NCBI RefSeq assembly: GCF_009914755.1 | Contig: NC_060926.1 | Reading direction: 5' to 3' (one strand) | DNA from: the human T2T-CHM13v2.0 reference genome, Homo sapiens | Length of the DNA: 64,000 nucleotides | Shown here: in pieces, positions 53,090 through 64,000 of the stretch | Numbering within the stretch: the first letter of the stretch is position 1 | How the letters are laid out: each line of letters starts with the position of its first letter | Translations under genes and position numbers: made by a program | The notes under the pieces: model-generated | The model's database searches: none | Seen by the model: only the letters and a program-made list of their open reading frames with translations | Told to the model about the DNA's origin: nothing

Positions 53090-53364
53090 GTAAGGAAAAT
53101 TCAGGCTCAAGGAAGGTAGCAGAGGTAAATCTGGGATATAATTGCCAGATAGCCCCAGCTTCAAACTTTATGCTTTTTCTGTCATTACACAAATCTGATT
53201 TTTTTTTCTTTCCTTTTCCAATTTTGTATTTTAGGGAAGTTCAATTAATCAGTACTTGTTATAGAAAATTAGACTTACTTTTCTGTGGTTTCATTAAGTT
53301 GATTTAAATTATTGATTGCCACAAATTAGAATAAACCATTGGGATTTACATTACCTTGTTTATT

Positions 53365-53630
53365 AATTCACCAATGTTTATTGGACACCTGCTGTTTTCA
53401 AGAAACTAAGAATAAAAAATAAGACCTCGTTACTTTTCTCAAACAGCCCAGAGTATGGCCTCAGAGACAACTATGTAAACTGCAATATATTAAGTGAACA
53501 GAGAAACGTGTATAATGGTATAGGATTATGAAATAGGAAGTGGTTAATTCTGGCCTGGAAAAGTCAGGGATGGCTGTGGTGACATTTTATTAGGTTTTAA
53601 AGAATAAGTAGGAGTTTCCTAGACAAATAA
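53365..53630 (-). mobile_element. L2 3' end
   Basis: 'caatgtttattggacacctgctg', 'taggttttaaagaataagtaggagttt'. Confidence 0.6.
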
Positions 53631-53893
53631 TTATTATTGAGAAGGATAGTTACAACACATATGATAGTGTGAACTTTCAAATAGGATTGCGTATGAGAAG
53701 GCCAAGCAACATCCATTGTTAGTCTACCAAGATGTTTCACAAGGCAGTCAGTATCAACGAGAATTTTTCATGGTGTAAGGTCTGATCTTTAGCCTTGTTA
53801 TAAGGGCAATTCACTAAGATTGTGTTCCATTTCTTGGTGCAGACTCGCATTAACCAAGCTCATAAGGCTGAGGTAAAAACCATACTTCCAATG

Positions 53894-54667
53894 TGATATA
53901 GTCTGGATATTTGTCCCCATCCATATCTCATGTTGGATTGTAATCTCCAGAGTTGGAGGTGGGGCCTGGTGGAAGGTGTTTTGACCATGGGAGTGTATCC
54001 CTCATGAATAGCTTCGGCCATCCTCTTGGTGACAAGTGAGCTCTTGCTCTGAGTTCACATGAGATCTGGTTGTTTAAAAGTATGTGACACCTCCCCTGAC
54101 TCCTCTCTGTCTCCCTTGCCCCTGCTCTTGCCATGTGACATGCCTGTTCCCCCTTTGCCTTTCACAATGATTGTGAGCTTCCTAAGGCTTCATCGGAAGC
54201 TGAGCAGATGTCAGCACCATGCTTCCTGTGAAGCTTGCAGAAGTGTGAGCCAATTAAACTTCTTTTCTTTTTTTTTCTTTTTTCTTTTTCTTTTTTTTTT
54301 TTGAGACAGAGTCTCGCTCTGTCACCCAGGCTGGAGTGCAGTGGCCCCATCTCGGCTCATGGCAAGCTCCGCTTCCCGGGTTCCGGGTTCATGCCATTCT
54401 CCTGCCTCAGCCTCCCGAGTAGCTGGGACTACAGGCACCTGCCACCACACCCGGCTAAATTTTTTTTTTGTATTTTTAGTAGAGTTGGGGTTTCACCGTG
54501 TTAGCCAGGATGGTTTTGATCTCCTGACCTCGTGATCTGCCCACTTCGGCCTCCCAAAGTGCTGGAATTACAGGCATGAGCCACTGCACCCGGCCTAAAC
54601 TTCTTTTCTTTATAAATTACCTAGTTTCAGGTATTTCTTTATAGCAGTGCAAAAACAGCCTAATACA
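53894..54667 (+). mobile_element. MST (MSTA/B) MaLR LTR, interrupted by AluY
   Basis: tgatatagtctggatatttgtcccc...cagcctaataca. Confidence 0.9.
54271..54595 (-). mobile_element. AluY
   Basis: 'gcaagctccgc', 'ccattctcc', 'ccgtgttagccaggatgg'; TSD taaacttcttttcttt. Confidence 0.95.
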
Positions 54668-55859
54668 TTGCATATTAAATTAGAATGAGAGACATATCTG
54701 TCACACTGGCCAAAATATTTGCACTAGTCAAATAGCAACTTCTCTTCTTGTGGGCAAGTTACATGGGAAAGTCAATGATAGTATCAAAGTTCCTTGGTGA
54801 AAATGCATTCAGAGTATGATTATATACAGTTAGATAATTTAAGTGTCCCATGGCCCTGTGCTCCAGTAGCCTCTTCCGTCCGTTTTTGTAGTTGAACTAA
54901 ATTTGCCGCAGAGACTGCAAGGGTTGAGCCCTTAGACCTGCTTCTTCCCTGGCCATTGCTGATATGGGCACTACTCTGTGCTCTTCTTACTCTGCTTCCA
55001 GGAATGACCAGGTGTCCTGCTTAACTTCACCTGTATTAATGTCTCCAGTTATTAATATAATAGCTTGGCTTTCAAGCCATTCTCTGTTTTTCAGTTAACT
55101 TTCAACATCTCGGCTCTGAGCTGGTGTCTCTGATACTGTTATTAACTCTCTGTTATTAACTTTACTTCCCTAATTTCCAAGTTGTTGGCAACCCTCACGA
55201 CTGTTCCCCTGTAGAGATAATATCTGTGCTGCAGGATTTATGGAAAGACTGAGACAATGCATGGGAAAAGAGCCCTGTGCTGGGCAGCTGGTTAGTTCAT
55301 TCTGTTCCTTTCTTTCCAAGGGTTGAAACTGTACAAATCCTCTCCCTAGATCTGTATCTCACTGGTCTCAGAAGACAAGGTTAAATTACTAAATCTCCTC
55401 TCTACTAAGCCTAAACTGTGGAGCAGGGAAAAGACTTTTCCCCCACTTTTAAGAGACCTTTTATTAATACTAGTAATGATCTCTGTGTTTGGGTCAGCAA
55501 CTTCAATTACATTTTATAGGATCTTAGAGCTGGAGAGCATCTTTCTCAGACCTGTGCCTGTCAGCAGAGTTAGTTACAATGTCATTAGAAGAATAGTAGT
55601 GGCATTCCTAGAGGAGACTGTGACATTTCCTTCTGCTCCTACAGTAGCCTTAAGAAAGTCTTTACTGCTGCTAGACTTCAATTTTCATGGTGATAACTCA
55701 AGCTTTGGCTTTAGCATGTGTTGAGAACAAGAAAGATACCATCCACTCCCCAATGAAAGGCATCTTAGTATAGGCCCCAATAGACATCCAAGTCTTCTGT
55801 GCATTCCAGGCTTTGCATCTGTCCATTTAAAGAGTGAGACAATAATTTCCTGATCTTCA

Positions 55860-56194
55860 ATAAAGCAGATTACCTTCCATAATATAGGTGAGCCTCATCC
55901 AATCATTTGAAGTCCTTAATAGAAAAAGACTCACATCCCTAGAAGAAGAGGGAATTCTACCACCAAACCACCTTTTGACTTGAATTGCAACTCTTAGTTT
56001 GAGTCTCCAGCCTGACAGCCTACCCTGCCAATACTGGACTTGTCAAGGCTCTCTCTGTCCTCCTGGGGAGGCAGGAGAAACAGGCACACTTGGTGAAACT
56101 TTTATTTTAAAAAATCTCTGTATAAGTGGACCTGTCCAGTTCAAACCTGTGTTGTTCAAGGGTTCTGTTTCTCTGGCAAACTCTGACTAATACA
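55860..56194 (+). mobile_element. MLT2-like LTR (partial)
   Basis: 'taaagcagattaccttccataat...ctcatccaatca' ending 'ctgtttctctggcaaactctgactaataca'. Confidence 0.75.
56064..56163 (+). mobile_element. Tigger2-like 3' terminal fragment
   Basis: 'tataagtggacctgtccagttcaaacctgtgttgttcaaggg'. Confidence 0.75.
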
Positions 56195-57502
56195 AATTTT
56201 GGTACTGAGAATTCGGGTGCTGCTCTAACAAATACCTAAAACTCGGGAAGTGGATTTAGAACTGGGTAATGAGTGGAGGCTGAAAGAATTTTTGAGGTGC
56301 ATGTTAGAAAAAGCAGAGTTTGCTTGAAGAGGCTGTTGGTAGAATGATGAATGTTAAGGGTGCTTCTGGTTAAGGCTCAGATAGAAACGAATATATGATT
56401 GGAAACTGGAGGGAAGATGATCCTTGTTTTAAAATCACAAAGAGCTTGCCTCCATTGTTTCTCAGTATTTTGTGGAAGGTAGAACTTTCAAGTGATCGAC
56501 TGGGATATTTAGCTGAGGAGATTCTTAGCAAAGTATCAAAGGCACTGCATGGTTTCTCCTTGCTGCTGATAGTAAAATGTGAGAGAGGAGGGAGAGAAAT
56601 TGAAGAAGGAATTATTAAGCAAACAGGAACCAGAACCTGAAGATGTGGAAAATTCTCAGTCTATCCATATTGCAAGGAATAAGAAAGTGCATTCTGGAGA
56701 GAACATCAAGGTTGTGTTTGACAATCATCTGCAGTGAAGAGATTACAGGTGTGACTCATGGATCCAATCAATCATCTCAGCAGCAATGCTGCCAGCTTGG
56801 ACTGAAGGATCAGAGATGGGGCGGAATGAAGGGAGGATATCAGGCTTCTGAGATTCCATGGGATGGACCAATAGAGCTATCCAGCTGTGAACAGCTGTAA
56901 ACATGCATTATCCTTCAAAAAGAGGGAAGAAGAACTGCAAAAGCAGTTCAGAGGTCAGCAGGGATACCATTGCCACTGCCACCATGGGTCCAGAGGGCGT
57001 TCCAGGAGGTGGGGCTATCTCCTCCTTGGCCTGTAGGATGGGGCTGCCACCCAGGGCCTTGGGAGCAGGGCAGCCACCCAGGGCTTCAGGGACAGGGCTG
57101 CCTCCCTGGTGGTCCAGAGGACAGAGAATGGAGCCAAAGAGGATTGTTTTTGAGCCTTCAAATCTAATAGTATTTGCCTTTCTAAATTTCAGACTTGCTT
57201 GAGACCTGTCACCCCTTTTTCTGATTTTTCCCTTTTGGGATGGGAATATCTGTCCAATGCCTGTCCTACCCATTGCATTTTGGAAGCAGATAACTTGTCT
57301 TATTTCATAGGTCCACAGTTGAGGAAGAATTTCACCTCATGATGAATTGTACCTTGAGTTTTATATTACTTGATATGGTGATATTTAGAGGAGATTTTGA
57401 AGTTGATATTGGAATGGGTTAAGACTTTTGCAGATATTGGGATGGGATGAATATATTATGTGTTTGAGAAGGACATGACTTTTGTGGAGTGACAGTGCAG
57501 AG
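56195..57502 (+). mobile_element. MLT1-type MaLR internal sequence
   Basis: 'ttttggtactgagaa...aacaaatacctaaaa...gaactgggtaatg', 'attggaaactggaggg'. Confidence 0.75.
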
Positions 57503-57888
57503 TGTTATGGGCTAAATCATGCCCCTCAACTCATATGTTGAAGTCCAAACCAGCAGTACCTCAGAATGTGACTCTATTTGTAGATAAAGCCTTTAAAGAG
57601 ATATGGAAAGTAAAATGAGGTCATATGGGTGGGTCCTAATGCAATATGTCTGGTGTCCTTATAAGAAGATGAGAAATGAGGACGCAGACACACAGAGCTC
57701 AGAGCAACTGTGTGAGTTACACAGTGAGAAGACAGCCATCTGCAAACCCAGGGGAGGCCTCAGAAAAAACAGGCCCTGCTGACACCTTGATCTTGGACTT
57801 CCAGCCTCTAGAATGGTGACAACATAAATTTCTGTTATCTAAGCCAGTCAGTCTGTAGTATTTCATTATGGCAACTCAAACTAATATA
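57503..57888 (+). mobile_element. MLT1A/B-like LTR
   Basis: tgttatgggctaaat...gacaccttgatcttggacttccagcctc...ctaatata. Confidence 0.85.
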
Positions 57889-58742
57889 GTCACTAACATC
57901 AATTAGACAGTTTCAGTGGGGGAGAAAGCTAGCCACACCATTTTGTTGGCATTAAGAAGATAAATCTTGGTTACTTGACTGACTGTTATTTCGAAGTTGA
58001 TACTGTATAGACCCAAGCTTCATGATATGTTTCTTCATCTATGATTTTTTTAGATGTAATATCACATTCTCTCAAGTCTATTGCTTTAATAGCCTGAGGA
58101 GTATTTGCTTCTGAGGATCATATATCAAATCACTTTCATTTTAGTAAGAATATCTTTCTTTCCTTGTAAAAAAAAAATACTGTGATTTACGTGCAGAAAC
58201 TCTTGGAAATAAAAGTCTGTTTTCAATTCCAACAGTCTCCTCTTATAACATTTTCATTTCCAGTGTAGACTTCAAGTCCCCCAACTCTCACTGGAAGTTT
58301 TGCTTTCAGACACTCTCTGGAGCCACACTAGCTCAAGCTGGCTGTCTTCCACCAAAAAAATGCAGGCCTGAAGAACCTCCTCTTTGGGAATATTCTTGAC
58401 CTCTCCTACATCTCCCATGAAGGTTCTGCATAATCCTACCTGACAGAGGAATCTTCCTTCCAACCCTGAGTTTTATATGCCTAAATTCTAACTTTAAGCA
58501 CAAATATGTATAAAAACTTGAAAATTCCTTGTTGACATCTCATTTCCTGGCTGTGGTTATCATCCCTGAGGAAAGGAAATAGCAGAGCAAGTGTGAAAGA
58601 GAACCTTGCCAATATTTGTCAATAGAAAGACTCAAAGATCATCTTTCTGCAGTGGTGATACAGTAGTTCATGAACAAAACTTCTCATTAGTTTGCTTTTC
58701 TGGTTCACCAGAAAAATCTTTCCTGTTTCACACTTTTTAAAT

Positions 58743-59066
58743 TATTTTATTCATTTATTTTTATTTATTTATTTATTTTGAGACAGAGTCTCGCTCTGTC
58801 GTCCAGGCTGGAGTGCAGTGGCGTGATCTTGGCTCACTGCAATCTCCACCTTCTGGGTTCACGTCATTCTCCTGCCTTACTTAGCCTCCCAAGTAGCTGG
58901 GACTACAGGCGCCCGCCACCACGCCCGGCTAATTTTTTTTATGTTTTTAGTAGAGACGGGGTTTCACCGTGTTAGCCAGGATGGTCTCGATCTCCTGACC
59001 TTGTGATCCGCCCGGCTCGGCCTCCCAAAGTGCTGGGATTACAAGCATGAGCCACTGCACCCAGTC
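58743..59066 (-). mobile_element. AluY-like
   Basis: 'gggttcacgtcattctcc', 'ccgtgttagccaggatggtctcgatc'; TSD tcctgtttca. Confidence 0.95.
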
Positions 59067-59989
59067 TCCTGTTTCATCCTTTTAAATAAACATCTTTAGA
59101 AAATATTGCAGCCAAATTCACAACCAAATGGAACACTATGTTAAACAGAACTGATGTTGTTTTTTAATGATTGAATATCTTGACTTTAGGTTCTTACTGG
59201 AAACAACAGAAAAATTATCCAGGATAATGTGGGAGATCAGAGTAGCTGAACACCAATTAGAGTAGTACTTATTATGCTTTTTTCTATCTTAAAAATAGGG
59301 TGTTTCCCAGCCCTACCTCCTTTTCCCACAAAAAACCAACAAAATAAATAAACAAATAAACAAAGCCAGACATTTGTAGATTCTGGTTAATTGGGTTCCA
59401 AGGAATTCTGAACTCACAGAAATTTTGTGGGTAGTTACAGTTCTAGTTGATGGTGTGTTGGGGGGTGTTAGAGGGAGGGCAGGGGCCTTGATATTCATTG
59501 TATAACTTTGACCAAGTCATTCCAACTTTGAGCCTTGACAAGGAAATCATATCTGCCTCACAAATTTTTGTGTGCATCAAATGAGTTAATGGATATGAAT
59601 TCACTCTAAGCCACAACTGGGCTATGCAGATGTTAGTCATTATTTTCAAAGAGCATATGTGACCTAGTTTTTATTGTGGCTTACTTATGGAGAGAAGAGC
59701 ATTATAAATGCCTCTTGGCTTATTGGGAGCAAATCTAATCCAGTGACTTTAACTACCAATGATCACTTTAAAGGCAAATGCCTTGCTATAAAAGTAGGTG
59801 AACTCCATGGACTATTCATATTTTCTAAATTCTTATTTGCTAATTAATTATAAGTGGCATTTCCATGAGCACACTAAATGTTTAAAAATTCATTTAAGTA
59901 AAAATTATACTCTTCCTTAGAGCATCACCTCCAAACTCTCCCACTTTGGTCAGCTAGAGAAGGAAAACACTTCTTGGAATTTTTTCATG

Positions 59990-60339
59990 TGATATGGTTT
60001 GACAGTGTCCCCACCCAAATCTCATGTTGAATTGTAGCTCCCATAATTCCCACATGTTGTGGGAGGGACCCAGTGGGAGATAATTGAATCATGGGGGTGG
60101 TTTCCCCCATACTGTTCTTGCCATAGTGAATAAGTCTCACAAGAGCAGATGATTTTATAAGGGGTTTCCCCTTTCACTTGTTTCTCACTACTCTCTTGTC
60201 TGCTACCAAGTAAGATGTGCCTTTCACCTTCCATCATGATTCTGAGGCTTCCCTAGCCACTTGGAAGTGTGAATCCATTAAATGTCTTTTTTTTTTATAA
60301 ATTATATCTTTATCTGTGGCATGAAAATGGACTAATACA
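59990..60339 (+). mobile_element. THE1B-like MaLR LTR
   Basis: tgatatggtttgacagtgtccccacccaaatctcatgttgaattgtagctccc...ggactaataca; near-TSD tcatg/ccatg. Confidence 0.9.
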
Positions 60340-60879
60340 CCATGCTGTAACATTTCCATTGTTTGTAAGGAACTTGTTTTTGTTATTTACACATTGTTTC
60401 TCAAACAATTTTTTAAATAGTTCTTCTGATATGTGTATTTTGCCATTAGGTTATTTTACATGAGAGAATTTTTACTGCCCAATTACCCTATGGAAGTGAG
60501 GATTTATAAAGCAAGAAAGTAACCTCTGGTTCATAATTTTGTATATGAGATGGAATTCTTCAAGATTACTTCACTTTTTCTTCCCCAAATTGTCCATCCC
60601 ACCATCTTATCAGGCAATCACTGTGTGGCTTCCTGGTTCAGTGAATATTTTGTTAGAATTCAGAGAAAACTTGTGTGCTCTGGAAAAAAAAAAAAAGGGC
60701 GTGGGACTGGGTTGCAGGAGAACTGGGTTCCAGTTGTGGTCCTGCCGTGAATGAACTCTAACGTGTTGCCATCATCCCTAGCACTCCCTGGGCTTCAACT
60801 TACACATCTGAAAAATAAGTGGTTGAAGTAGATCTCCTCCAAGATTTGTTTCAAATTCGAATTTTCTATAATTAGCAAG

Positions 60880-61090
60880 TATATGGTATATTGAGAGAAT
60901 ATGAACTTCAAAGCCCAGCAGACGTGGGATCTGTATGACTGGGGAAGTTACTATAACTCTTTAAGCTGTAGTATTCTTTGTCTGTAAAATGGGGATGATC
61001 ATATTCACCTCAAAATTATGAGGATTAAATGGGCCTATGTATATAAAATACTGTAACATAGAATAGAGATAATAAATGTTATTTACCATC
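60880..61090 (+). mobile_element. MIR
   Basis: 'tctgtaaaatggggatgatcatattcacctc...gaggattaaatg'. Confidence 0.8.
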
Positions 61091-61769
61091 TCCTCTTGCC
61101 ATTATCTACTAAACAATCCCTGCCCAAACCATGTAGAAACAGAATAAGAAACTTCAGACATATTTTGCAGTGAAGCAGGAAACCTATCAGATGACGTGGC
61201 CACTTTCTCTTGTAAACCCACTGAGGGTGTGGGGCTGGAATGCAGCTGCCAACATGTCTGGTTCCTTTCTAGCTCTGAGCATCACCAGTACTTAAAGGGA
61301 CTTTTCATGTAGCATCACTCAAATCTTCAAAGCTCATTTCAGAAAACATTGAGGATGCATTTTCTGACAAAGGACACTGGGAACATATGAAGTAATGACA
61401 GCCTGCGAGATGTAGTAAATATAGACAATAAAATACCAGAACTTCTAGGACTTTTGGTGACTTTTTTAGACAATGAAGCAGGAGAACATTAGAAGTTGGG
61501 ACTGATCCAGGAATGCAGAGATGTGGCCATCACACCTAGATGGTTTTCTTCCCTACGATCATAATAATGTTTGTGGGAACTTGATTTCAGTATACCATGA
61601 AGAGATCAGAAATGACAGCTGCTTTTGGAATGCTGACCTCACCAAAATTCCATTTTGTTTCCTCCCAAATTTCCTAACCAAACAGTGCAGAATCTCAATA
61701 CCCTGTATTCTTCACAGAGGAGAAGCTTGACACACAGTTCAGCGGTGGTGGTTGGTGCGCAGGCCAGGG

Positions 61770-62900
61770 GGATGAAATGAAATTTAATTGTGGGAAATGC
61801 AAAACTCTTGTATTTAAGTAAAAATATAAAAATTAATCCATTGTGCCAGTGTAGCTTGGCAGGCTTGGGGTTTGGTGAAGAGAAGTAGTTAAATTTGTGT
61901 CTCAGTGGTTTGAGATGACTATGTGCTCTCTATACACAAACCATGTGACAAGGCTACCAAAACAGCAAATTCAAAAGTAAGTTGCTTTATTTAAAAAATT
62001 GTGGTTTTTTTTTTTTTTTTTTAGAAGAAATGTTATTTCTTGTGTGATTTGCATGCCCAAGGGCCTAACTTGAGTGTTGTGTTCCAATTGTAATGGCTAC
62101 AGTTTAAAACGAAATAGGTCTTACTAACCTGGACCATTGAGGCTTTACCCACGCTGGGTGGGTGGTCACTTTGGGATGCCTTTTCCTATCCGTCCCTTGG
62201 GGAATTGCTGCTCCTCCCTCAAGACCTTCAAGGACATCTACACATCTTGTGTTTTGTACTACAGAACATGCTGTAGATTAATCCATACCAGTCATTTACA
62301 GGCAATACCTCTCTGAGCCATAGATTCCCTTGGGGCATGGACTGTGTCTTACTCAACTTGGCATCCCTCTTGGCTGGATAAGATGGTAATGGTAATTAGT
62401 GCTGTATGCCCATTTGTTGAATAGATATATTGGTGAGAAGCTTTGCAAAAGTATTTAATTATTTATCTTTTGTTTGACAAATATTTTTATTGAGCTTTTA
62501 TGTTGGGATACCAAAGTAGATCTTGCACAGATCCTGTCTCAAGCAGTTCTCAATCTGGCTGAATTCTCTCACATGAAGAGTGGCTGAAGAAATCAGGAAT
62601 ATTTAGCCAGGGTACAAAAGTCTTAGGAAGAGCTTGGCCATGTCTCCTGACATTTACAGAGCCAGGTTGGGGGTATATTCAGCTTGTGTAACTCCAGAGG
62701 GCAAAAATAGGTGGGATTTTGAGGGAGGAAGATTTCTAATAATAACAGGAGCCCAGGGATGAAATGGTTTGTTTTCAAAAATGGCAAACTCTGCCCAGTG
62801 GCCATGTTAGTGGCTGATGCCTGTGATGTTCATCTGAGCAGAGGGGATGTCTGTGAGGAAAGAAAATGAGAGCTAAGTTCTGAGTTCCTCTTTGGCCCTA
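61770..62900 (+). mobile_element. L3/CR1 LINE fragments (with an embedded L2 piece)
   Basis: 'aaatgaaatttaattgtgggaaatgcaaaactcttgtatttaag', 'atgaagagtggctgaagaaatcaggaatatttagcc' CR1 RT-region signatures. Confidence 0.55.
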
Positions 62901-63399
62901 AAGAGCTGCTCTTTTCCCTGCCAAAGTGGTTTCCAAAGTTTCACCAGATAGACATTTGGTCCCAGGCTCTTAGCCTTTTCTGCTAAGAATAAAGCCAAAA
63001 GGCAAAATGGAATATAAGGTCTATATGTTGAGATAGACTTAGAGGGGCTGCCATAATGTGATCCAAGGAAGAGTTCAGTGGCCTGCTGGGAATGGTCATG
63101 GCATCACCACATCTGTTTTTGCTCCTATGGTAGACATCAATCTAATGGAGATGAAGCTTTATATGTGGACACAGCATCCTAAACTTGGCACACTCCAGCC
63201 ATTACTAGGAGTCTTATTGATACACTGGAGCAGAGAATATAATTTCTGAGTGAAATTTCTCAAATTTAGCTGTTAATCTCTGTAGGGAGAAGATGTAAAA
63301 GAGCTATCCCAAAGTTTAAATGTTTCTAGAAACATTAAGCATCTATTCTTTTGTTTATTCAAAGGCATGTATTGAAAATAGTTATTAATTTCCATGTTT

Positions 63400-63590
63400 C
63401 AGAAAGCCTATCAAACATTTAAAATAGGTAATTCAATTCTGATAACAATCCTGTAAGATAGGTCCTATTATTCAGCCTGTTTTACAGAAGAAGGAACTCA
63501 GATGTCAGAGGGGTTGAATAATTTGCCCAAGGTTACAGTGCTGTACGGTATGGAATGAGAATGCAGGCAATCAGGTTCTAGAGCTTTTGG
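63400..63590 (-). mobile_element. MIR
   Basis: 'ttttacagaagaaggaactcagatgtcagaggggttgaataatttgcccaaggttacag'. Confidence 0.8.
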
Positions 63591-64000
63591 ATAAGGGACA
63601 GCTAAGGAGAACTGGACAAGGTTGTGCCTTTATTCAACCAAATTTGTCATGTGCCATTCTAGGCCCTACACTAGGAGCTGGGGACACATATGGAAGTCAC
63701 AGTCCTAGTCCTTAAAGAGCTCATGGTTTGAAGGGGAGCTAGGGAAGTAGTAGTGATAGTATTATTGGGAATACACTTGAGGGTGGGATGAGGGAAGGAT
63801 GGCAATAGATGCAAAGGGATTCCATGCAGAAGAGACAATTGGAGTCAGGAAAAGCACAACAAAGTGTAGGTTGGATGGTAGTGGAGCGAAGTGGTGGCGG
63901 GTGAGAAAGGGTGGCTTACAAACAACTCCCAGCCTTGTAGGAGACAGAAGATGGGTTTCATAATAATTATATGACAATTTCAGAAGAAATGAGATGAAGT

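Noticed and set aside
54376-54389. 7 bp duplication (ccgggtt) in an AluY, suggesting AluYb8
   Set aside because: Not the Yb8 diagnostic sequence or position; treated as a private slippage event

Overview
Primate (most likely human) non-coding genomic DNA, intronic or intergenic, roughly half of it recognisable interspersed repeats: 15 Alus, several L1 copies including a ~6.5 kb antisense L1MA-type element, L2, L3/CR1, many MIRs, MaLR/ERV LTRs and hAT/TcMar DNA-transposon remnants. I find no convincing protein-coding gene: the ORF track is explained by L1 ORF2 relics, Alu read-through and chance ORFs. I cannot identify the locus. Repeat subfamily names are recalled by eye and tentative, and boundaries are approximate. 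Observations not explained by ordinary repeat annotation are: (1) a ~160 bp, ~85% identical inverted duplication of apparently non-repeat sequence at 18280-19050, next to a TAAT-rich, TE-free putative enhancer; (2) a 34-nt 3'-truncated U2 snRNA retrocopy at 24699-24732; (3) a 6-copy ~41 bp minisatellite derived from the L1 endonuclease DPTICCLQE codons; (4) several + strand candidate exons, possibly of a lncRNA; (5) a MaLR provirus with discordant LTRs. I see no clear evidence of a new biological system.
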